This document shows, piece by piece, positions 41,149 to 64,000 of a stretch of 64,000 nucleotides of DNA. Each line of letters opens with the position of its first letter. The first letter of the stretch is position 1. The position numbers and the translations under genes are program-made. Location: NCBI RefSeq assembly GCF_009914755.1, contig NC_060947.1. One strand, given 5' to 3'. The stretch comes from the human T2T-CHM13v2.0 reference genome, Homo sapiens. Below the pieces are notes generated by a model. The model saw only the letters and a program-made list of their open reading frames with translations, was not told the origin of the DNA and searched no databases.

Positions 41149-41643
41149 CGTCGCGGGGGAGTGTCGACTAACTGGGCTGGTGGTGCAGGGGTAAAATAAT
41201 TTACCAAGACAGTTGGAGGTAAAGGCAGATTTATTAGAGAAAGTAGGAAAATACGTTTCGAGAAGGCAACGGGCAGCCTGCAAGAGAGGAGCCGACTGAA
41301 AAGAAACAAAGGCTTGCTGGAGATTTTATAGGATGGTTTTTGGGCTGATTGAGAAAACCAAGGCAGTAGGGAGCTAGCTTGCATTCTTCTGTTAGCTGGG
41401 GTGTTTGATAAATTGAGGCGTTTGATAGTGAGCAGGAAGTTTGTGAGTTATGTATGTTATCTGCGCAAGAAGCCACATGTCCTGGGCCATAAAGAAAAGC
41501 AGACCTATAGCTTATCTGATTCCTCTTTTTGTTTATATGTTCTGGACCATGAAGAAAGACAAACTTATAGCTTATTTGCTTTCTCCCTTTGCCTTCCCCT
41601 GCTCCAGCCAGCCTAACTCCTTTTTTCTAATTAGGATTCCACA
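41149..41643 (-). mobile_element. ERV1-class solo LTR (MER83/84-like, subfamily uncertain)
   Basis: Minus strand starts TGTGGAATCCTAATTAG, has TATAAAA and AATAAA; flanked by GTTAT direct repeats (41144-41148, 41644-41648). Confidence 0.75.
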
Positions 41644-42139
41644 GTTATGTTGTCCCTGTGCCTGCAGCCTGTGAATGGACGCCCCACCACCTCCGTCACA
41701 GCAGTGGTCAGCACAGATAAATGCACACAACACACATCGATCTGGCCCTCTGAGAAGAGAATGTTAGGCTTCTGAAAGAAGAGATAAATAGTGAGAGATA
41801 ACATCTAAGAATCAAAATAATATATTCAGTAATTATTTTCTGAACCTATCCTAATGCTCTGACCGATACATTCTTTAGAACATCTACCCGTACATTCCAA
41901 GGACCCTTTTTCCACGGCCCTTTTTCTCCCTGTATCCCTCTTCCTGCTCCCCTTCTTTTGCACAGGGCATGTTTCACATATACAAGATGTTCTTACGTGT
42001 CATCCCACTTTAGAGATGAGGAAATTGAGTCTCAGGGAAGGCAAACATCAACTTTGTCTTGGGGAAAGGGCAGGAAGCTGGAAGGGAGGAGGAAATGAGC
42101 TCTGGCGAAGGAAAGAGGACATGGCTGGGATCCTTATGG

Positions 42140-42950
42140 GGTGGTGTACGAGTACCCGTGCCCCCCCCGATCTGTGGGCTGAGGGTGGCGGTGACTAGCG
42201 CTGGGACCAGCTCCTTCTCTCTCGCTCCCAAGCCCACAAGAATTCGGGGAGAAAGGGTGAGGTAGGGGGCTCCGGGAGAGCGGAGAGAGTTTGGAAAGAA
42301 TCCATCCCTCCTTCTCCCCGGCGGCTTTCTCGAGACCCTCACACAGCGCCCCGCCCCGCCCCAGTACATTTCCTTTCAGGGAAAGGGACAGGGAAGAGGC
42401 TGTCGGGAAATGGCGGCCGCGGCCGGGCTGGGGCTTCAGCGGGAGGCAGCAGAGGGGAAGTGGTCAGCGTGGCGAATGACGGAAGGTGGCGAGGGAGAGG
42501 AAGAGGGGTCGGGTGTCCGCGGAGCTCCAAGAGGGAAGACAATCGCTTTGCCAAACACGGCAGGGCATCTGGAAAGGCCTGGGAACCTCACCCGCCCTCC
42601 CAGGCCCTTCGGGCTCTTTTCGGTCCCATTAGGAGGAGGGGGAGGGCGGCAGGTGGGACCGGGCACAGGCCTAGTCGTGCGACAGGAGAAGGGAAGGAAG
42701 GGCCGGCCCCAGCTGGGTCCTCCTTGCGTCTGGCCTGTGCCGGACGCCCCCGACTCCGAGTGATCTCGGGCCGGTCCCCGGGGGAGTCCAGCTTCTCGCG
42801 CCAGGGGAGTTCTCAGCCCCAGGGCAGTCCAGGGATTAGGCGGAAGGGGGCACGCAGCCACCTGGCCGGGGCAGGGGGAGCTGCGAGGAGCCTTTTTTTT
42901 TTTTTTTTTTCCTGCGCAGAGCCCCTTGCGTGACACACAGTAGGCGCTCA
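42140..42950 (+). promoter_or_regulatory. ARMCX4: CpG island / promoter of ARMCX4 long upstream transcripts
   Basis: GC- and CpG-rich with GC boxes (CCCCGCCCCGCCCC 42348); gene name inferred from known gene order distal to HNRNPH2. Confidence 0.65.
42380..42485 (+). other. ARMCX4: Candidate first exon of ARMCX4 long transcript
   Basis: Donor GAAG|GTGGCG at 42485 inside the island; start approximate. Confidence 0.5.
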
Positions 42951-43024
42951 ATACATGTTTATTTTCAGTTGAGTGTTGCTTCAGCTTTTATGGCTTGTGA
43001 TAAATCCTTATCCTTCTGTTCTAG

Positions 43025-43115
43025 AAACTCGCATTGTCTACTGGATCAAGGACAGACAGCTCACCAACCGTGACAGCACCATACTGGAACTTCAAAAAGT
43101 TCTGAAAACATGTTG
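43025..43115 (+). other. ARMCX4: Candidate second exon of ARMCX4 long transcript
   Basis: Pyrimidine tract CCTTATCCTTCTGTTCTAG acceptor; donor TG|GTTCGT; non-repetitive sequence. Confidence 0.5.
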
Positions 43116-43704
43116 GTTCGTTTGTTGGAGTATTTTTCAACTTAAATTCCTTTTCCTTTTTTTTTTTTTTGCTCACTTTTTCCTCTGCAGAAAAACCTTA
43201 AAATGTTCTACCTTTTCCTTGAAACCTCCTCCCACTCCTTAGTTCACATTGACTTGTCTTTAAATGTTTTTGAGAAAATAATCAGAAATGCACAATTAGT
43301 GCTTGGTGGTTCTCAAATTATTTCACGCGTGGTAGTTTTGATTTTTGCTTTTCCAGTGAGGCTGTACCTTTCATCCTTAGGCAAATATGATGGCTTTCAA
43401 AAGCAGCTATGGGGTGGGAACTGGGAGTGGCTGCAAATGGGCATGGAGCGTCTTTTAGAGATAACGAAAATGTCCCAACTTAGATTGTGGTGATAGTTCG
43501 CACAACTCTATAAATTACTAAAAACTATTGAATTTGCACTTGAAAAGGGGGAGAACTTTATGAAATATAAATTATAACTCAAAGAAGCTCTTAAAATGCC
43601 TATGGAATAATAAGTAAAGAGTAGTGGGGATATGATCTATTTTGTGGGGAGACTAGCAGCAAAGTAAGACATAAAGATAAAGAAACATACACTGGCCTGA
43701 GGAA

Positions 43705-44110
43705 GTAACAAAGTCTCTTTGAGCAAACTTTGGACAGGCTCCTCTCAGCTTTCTTTTCAACTACACCTTGTCCTTGGGCCCTGTCCTCGGCCTGCCTAGC
43801 CCAGTTTTAGCAAGAGTCCTGCTGAGTAACTCCCTCACCCTTGATACCTGATCACCTTGTCCTGCCTTGAGCGAGAATCCTGTTTAGTCAGTTGAGCAAG
43901 AATCCCCCTACCCTTGATATCTCTCTCCCCTTAGGAATTTTCTTTCTACTGACTCCCTCACTCTGCTGCTTGACTGTAAATCCACACTTGTCCTAGTTGT
44001 CTTTGGATTGAGCTTAGTTCTATACTGAAGTCTCTTTTCCTCTATTATAATAGTACTCAAAATATGGCTTTACTGCTTTTGACTAGTATCTGGCTCTGTT
44101 TCCCATTGGC
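43705..44110 (+). mobile_element. MER31-like LTR
   Basis: Similar to the 26238 element (CAAACTTT..CAGGCTCCTCT, TTTAGCAAGA..CCTGCT). Confidence 0.65.
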
Positions 44111-44194
44111 GGAAGGCACTCTCAGACAGTGCTTCTAGTAGTATATATTAGCATGACCTGCCAGGGTACAATTCTTTTTAAAAAGACCACCAAT

Positions 44195-44556
<362 letters not shown>

Positions 44557-44955
44557 CTATTAAGTTCCTGTCCTCAAGGAGCTCATAGTACAGTGGGGAG
44601 CCAAGTAGCAAGCAAATAGCCATGCAAGTGTATAATTGCAATGAGGACAAGTATCATGAAAAGGAGGGTACATGGTGCAATGAGAGCCTATAAAATAGGG
44701 GTATTCGACTAGTCAAGGTGGTCAGGAATTGCTTCAAAGAAGCAGTTATTGAGCTGAGAGTTAAAGGAAGAATAGTGGCTAATTAGATTGGAGGTGAGAG
44801 TTGGAGGAGCTGGTTTGAGGCTATGTGTTCAGAGATGGCATGGTGAGTAAAAGAGACTGAATGAAAGTGGCTGGAGTTCAACAGGCAGTTGGGACAGCAG
44901 TGTGTTGGGTCAGGGCATGCAGGGCCTTACAAGCCATCTTAAGCCATTCAGTCTA

Positions 44956-45414
<459 letters not shown>

Positions 45415-45595
45415 TTATTAGAAGCCATTTCAACAATCTAGAGTAGAGGTAATAGTAGCTTGTACTACAATAGCCATGGTTTACATGGAGGGGATTGGTA
45501 TATTTTAGGGTTTCTTAGGAGGTAAAATCTGCAGGACTTGGCAATGGATTGGAATTGGGAGGGAGGGAGTGTGATATTGTGAAGTACACATTTAG

Positions 45596-47378
<1,783 letters not shown>

Positions 47379-47422
47379 GTCTTCATCCTCATTTTCGCGA
47401 ATTACAGCTTTTAAAACCCTTA

Positions 47423-47806
<384 letters not shown>

Positions 47807-47997
47807 CTAGGTAGATTTAGGACGGGGGCGCTGGTCAAGGCAGGATTAGAGAGTTGAGACTTTTTCACCACACCCCCAGCCTCTGGGGAAGGGAGAGGAG
47901 CTGAAGGTTAAATTGACTAGCAGTGGCCAATGATGTAATCAATCATGCCTACATAGTAAAGCCTCTATTTTATTTATTTTTTATTTTTATATTTTGA

Positions 47998-48156
<159 letters not shown>

Positions 48157-49292
48157 TAGTAGAGACAGGGTTTTGCCATGTTGGTGGGGCTGGTCTCGAA
48201 CTCCTGACCTTATGTGATCCACCCACCTCGGCCTCCCAAAGTGCTGGGATTACAGGCGTGAGCCACCGTGCCTGGCTGTAAAGTCTATAAAAACCCGAAA
48301 GAATTGGGTTTGGAGAGCTTCTGGATAGCGAACACATGGAGGTACCTAGAGGGTGCTGTGCTTGTAGGGGGCATGGAAGCTTGGTGCCCCTTATCCTGTA
48401 CCTTGTCCTATGTGATTGTTCCATCTGGCTGTCCATCTATATGCTTTGTAATATCCTTTATAATAAACCTGTAAACATGTTTTTCAGAGTTCTGTGACCC
48501 TCTCTAGCAAATTAATCAAACCCAAGGGGAGGGTCATGGGAACCCTGATTTACAGTGGGTCAGTCAGAAGCATAGCTTACAACCTGGCATCTGAAGTGGA
48601 GAGCAGTCTTGTGAGCCTGAGCTCTCAAACTGTGGGATCTGACACTATCTCCAGGTAGGTAGTAACAGAACTGAATTCAATTAGAGGACATCCAGCTGGT
48701 GTCCACTGCAAAACTGATTGCTTGATGTATGGGAAAATTCTCCCATACATCTGGGGCTACAGAAGCATTCTATATTAAATAGAGAGTATAGGAAAATCCA
48801 CATTTTGTTTACTCCCCCCTGTATCTTACAGTGAGAGTGAGCGGTCAAGGGTGACTTCTCAGTTTCTGGCTTGTACAACTGGATGTTTGGAGTAACAGCA
48901 TTAAGAAGCAGGACCTTTAAGATCACATTGAATACTAAGTTCAGGTATGAGGACTGTGAGTTTAGTCTTAGACATACTGTGTTTGACGTGCCTTTGAGAA
49001 CACCCAAGAGAATATAGGTAGTTGGATGGATGGATCTAGAGCTCAGAAGGGGCCTATATATTGGATATATAAATTGTGTGCTATATGGATATAGTTGATA
49101 ATTCAAGCCATGTGTGGGGATAAGGTTGTCTAGGCCAAAGAGTATCAGAGTGAGAATGCAGGAGATCAAAGAAGGAGGCTTGAGAAACTCCAGTATTTCA
49201 TGTGGAGTACAGGAGAGTCAGCCTGCAAAGGAGACTGGGAAACAGCAGCCAGGGAGGTTTAAAAGAAAGTTAGGAGGGACTTGTGTCATTGA

Positions 49293-49819
<527 letters not shown>

Positions 49820-51346
49820 TAATGGAAACAAAGAATATAGGCAGCTATTTGAAGCACTTTGGCTGTGAAGGGCATGGAAAAGTCAGGGTAGAAGCAGGAG
49901 CGAGACTACGGGTCAAGAGAGGCCTTTCAAATTATTTATTTATTTATTTTTTTGAGACAGGGTCTCACGCTGTTGCCCAGGCTGGAGTGCAGTGGCACAA
50001 TCACAGCTCACTGCAGCCTTGATTTCTTGGGCTCAGGCGATTCTCCCACTTCAGTCTTCTGAGTAGCTGGGATTAGAGGTGCGCACACCACCACGCTGGG
50101 CTAATTTTTGCATTTTTTGTAGACATGGGGTCTTGCCATGTTACCCAGTCTGGTCTCGAATTCCAGGGCTCAAGCAATCTGCCTGCCTTAGCCTCCCAAA
50201 GTGCTGGGATTACAGTCTTGAGCTGCTGCACCCAGCCAAGGACTTTTTTTAATGGAGAAATTTTGTGGATGTGTAAAGTTTACAATTAAGGGTCTGTAGG
50301 GAGTGAGTGGTTAAAAATACAGCAGAGAGATGGGATAAATCATAGAGTACGTTTGCTAAGAGAGAGGAGCATCTGGAATCGAAAGCATAGGTGGAGGAAT
50401 TAGTGTTCACTAAAAGGCAAGAGCATCTCTGTCTTAATTGAGGAACTAACTGCTGGTAGGATGTGTGCAGGTATAGTTGGTTTATGTTTGGTGTTAGGAA
50501 GATGAGAGACAACTTCCTTCTAAAGGCTCCCCCAACCCCGTTATTTTTTCTGTAAATGAGGGTGTGGTCATCTGCATGTAGAGATAATAAGGAGGAGGAG
50601 TTGGAAGGCTGAAGAGAATGGAGAAGGTTCAATGAGTTGTAAGGGTGAGAGCAGGTTGTAGGTTGACCAGAGAAAAATAGAAGGACTGCTGAGAAATGTT
50701 GATGGCTCACTTCTGGTTGTTGATGGTAAATTTACTATGAGCCAAGCTTTATTTTTTTCTAAGTGCTTCTCTAAGTGTTCTAGTGTTTTATTTAATCCCC
50801 AAAGCAGCTCTATGAGGTAGGTATTATTATTATCACCCCCTTGTCACAGATGGTAAAATGGAGGTACAGCAAAGTTGTGTCATTTGTTTAAGGACAAAGA
50901 GCTAGCTAGGTTTGGAGCCAGGTAGTCTGACTCCAAAGCCCATGATCTTAACCATCACTCTAAAATATATCCTAAAAATAGGTCCTGATCATACTTTTTC
51001 ATTGATAAACATAGATCTGTATAATCACATTTAAGGACTACATTGTTGGTTTTATGCTTGATGGTCTGTCCAGTGACTTTTCCAGAAACTCTCTAGCTGC
51101 ATTCTTGAGTCAATGCCAAATCTCAGAAAGGAGAGAGCTTATTTGAACCCTATGTTACAAGAGTTTTGATTTCCTTTCCTTCTAGTTTGTTGTATTTTCC
51201 AATTTTCTATAGAGAGTACATATAATTTTCATTTTGTGGGGAAAAATAAAGTTAACATCTCTAAAATAAAAAAGCCAGGCTAGGAAGGGAATAGAGGTCT
51301 AAGACTCAGTGTTTTTAAAATCTACTATAGCTAAACATGTTTACTT

Positions 51347-52116
<770 letters not shown>

Positions 52117-52119
52117 TTC

Positions 52120-52650
52120 TATAATTCAACAACTCCATTCCTAGAAATTTCATTTCAAGAGAAATTAAAGCTTATGTGTATATAAAGACGTGTACACCGG
52201 TGTTCTTACCAATTTTATTTATAATTGCCCCAAACTGGAAACAGACAAATGTGCATAAACAAGTGAGTAGATAAACTGTGGTATATCCATACAAGGGAAT
52301 ACTATTTAGCAATAAAAAGGAATAAATCCTTCATATATACACCAACATGGACAAATCTCAAAATAATTATGCTGGGTGAAAGATGTCAGATTAAAAAAGA
52401 GAGTATATACTGTATTATTACATTTATATAGTATAGGAAATGCAAATTAATATACATTTTCAGTACTCAGATCAGTGGTTACCTCTGAAGGTGAGGATTA
52501 ACTAGGAAGGGGCATGAAGGAATCTTATGAGGTGATGGAGGTGTTTTATATCTTGGTCTAGTTACACCAGTGTATACATATCAATTTCATTAAGCTGTGC
52601 ATTTGAGATTTATGCATGTTACTCTGTGAATGTTGTATCTCAGTAAAAAG
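52120..52650 (+). mobile_element. Old L1M (L1ME/MD-like) 3' fragment
   Basis: AAACTGGAAACA..CAAATG; AAACTGTGGTATATCCATACAA.GGAATACTA. Confidence 0.7.
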
Positions 52651-52987
52651 GTTAAGACAAAGTTTAGCTCCTTTTGTCAGTCTCCTTTCCCTTTCCTTTG
52701 ACCCTTTCCTATATTTCTTTTTCTCTCCATCTCTCTCTGTTCTCTACTTTTTGTATCCATTTGAGAGAGAGTTGATGGCACATCAGGCACTCATGCTGAC
52801 TCTACACTTAACCCTGCCAATTAAATGTTCACATCCCTTCAAATGTACAGTTTATTCAGGAAAGTAGGATTGAAGAAGTCTGTGGTTAAAGAATAGCTCT
52901 TAGGAGTGAACATTTCTTCCTTTTCCCTTGCACTTGAATTAGATACGTATCTTTGGGCCTTCACTTCTGTTTTGGTATTTCTTTTCC

Positions 52988-53767
<780 letters not shown>

Positions 53768-54229
53768 TGAGATAATATTGGTAAAGCACTTTGCCTGCCA
53801 TCGAGAGGCCACTTAATTTCGGATGGCTTTCTTATTTCCCAAGACTGTGAACTTGTGACTTTTGACTCTTGGATGACATCTAGCCCTGCTCCATTAGACA
53901 TTAAATAACTCTTTTTATTGTTACTAGTATAACAACTAGGGAGAGGACTTATACTTGCAATATGACTTTTAAATCTGTCCTTGGGCTCACATAACATGTT
54001 TCTTACCATATAAGAATGGAGAAGGCTTTTTTATTGGCTTCCACGACATTCCTGGGTGGTTGGTTTGAGACAGCTAGTTGTTGCTATCCTGTTACAGAGG
54101 TGAAGGCAGGAGAGGCATCTTGACTTCACCAAGATCTTATATCTTGTATGGTGATAGGTCTGGCACTGACAAATGTTCTATATCTTTCCTTGAGCAGATG
54201 TAATAAGACATTACAGACATCTGAGTAAA

Positions 54230-56100
<1,871 letters not shown>

Positions 56101-56451
56101 CAGAGGAAATTACTATTGATATTCTGGCATATTTTCCTCCAGCTTTTCAACAAATCTTGAATATATAATCTTGAATTACTCTTTTAAAAATTGACATTAT
56201 AACATACGCATTTTCCTGTTTTCATTTAAAAATTCCCATAAACATCTGTTTCAAGGTTTGCATATTCTCCCTTTTATGGCTGTAGGCAGGTTCACTGAAT
56301 GACAACTTAGCCTTGAAGCCCTCTATGACCACTCTTGACCCTATATGTCTTGCCTCTGGAATGGACTGAAGCGAAGATGAGTCCCGTGTTCTCTATCCCT
56401 TAATAGTGGTTTCATGTGAGGGAGTTCTGCTTTGCTGGATAGGGTGAATCA

Positions 56452-57592
<1,141 letters not shown>

Positions 57593-58008
57593 TACTTAGG
57601 ACAGTGTTGTGCAATAGGAAGGTCTTCATAAAAACATTTTTGGGAAAAGTACTTAATTTCTCTGAGTCTGAGTTTCCTCATCTGTCACATCTGTTTCCTC
57701 ATCTGATCCATGTGGATTGCAGGTACAACAAGTCACTGGGTTGTTGTGGTGATTAAATGAGAAAATGTCTATAAATGAATCCCAGTGCTTGGCACATAGA
57801 ATGTGCTCCATAAATGTCAGTCATTATTACTATTCCCTGATAAATGACGTAGTGTGGAGAAGTATCGATTGAGTACAGAAAACAGGACAGGGCTTGGAAG
57901 TGGTGATTAATGATGATGCAAAAAAAAATTATTCTCCTGCAAAACCTGCTTGCTTTATGCACATTTGGACTATTGGGGCAGAGACCATGGTGGGCCTGTG
58001 GGCTTTGA

Positions 58009-58690
<682 letters not shown>

Positions 58691-58747
58691 ATGGTCAGAG
58701 TATTCTTAAAAAACATCAAAATGAGTATAGGGTGGGAAGGGACTAAC

Positions 58748-64000
<5,253 letters not shown>

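Larger units (their letters stand above)
39630..42890 (-). pseudogene. Decayed unprocessed partial duplicate of GLA (relics of exons 3, 2, 1 and introns)
   Basis: Collinear anchors to 25.7-32.0 kb, e.g. 40935-40968 vs 27093-27126 (31/34 identical), 40120 vs 26137, 41655 vs 28041, 42815 vs 31932. By-eye alignment. Confidence 0.7.

Overview
Human Xq22.1, identified from the encoded proteins. Left to right: BTK intron 1, non-coding exon 1 and the upstream alternative exon 1C (minus strand); RPL36A (plus, 5 exons, 106 aa); GLA (minus, 7 exons, 429 aa); HNRNPH2 (plus, intronless 449-aa CDS, head-to-head with GLA); a CpG island with the first exons of the ARMCX4 long transcripts; then a repeat-dense stretch ending in a near full-length L1PA element. 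About 46 Alus are scattered through the window. The main unexplained signal, found by eye alignment, is two decayed, collinear, same-orientation copies of the GLA 5' half. One at ~39.6-42.9 kb retains relics of GLA exons 3, 2 and 1 and hosts the ARMCX4 promoter. The other at ~54.2-56.1 kb retains relics of GLA intron 1, the bidirectional promoter and HNRNPH2 exon 1. Other notable items: a stop/start overlap in the RPL36A-HNRNPH2 readthrough, an L2-derived BTK-C coding exon, a 36-bp hairpin and a candidate poison exon in RPL36A intron 3, and a 16-17-bp periodic E-box array. All alignments and repeat subfamily names are by eye and need computational confirmation.
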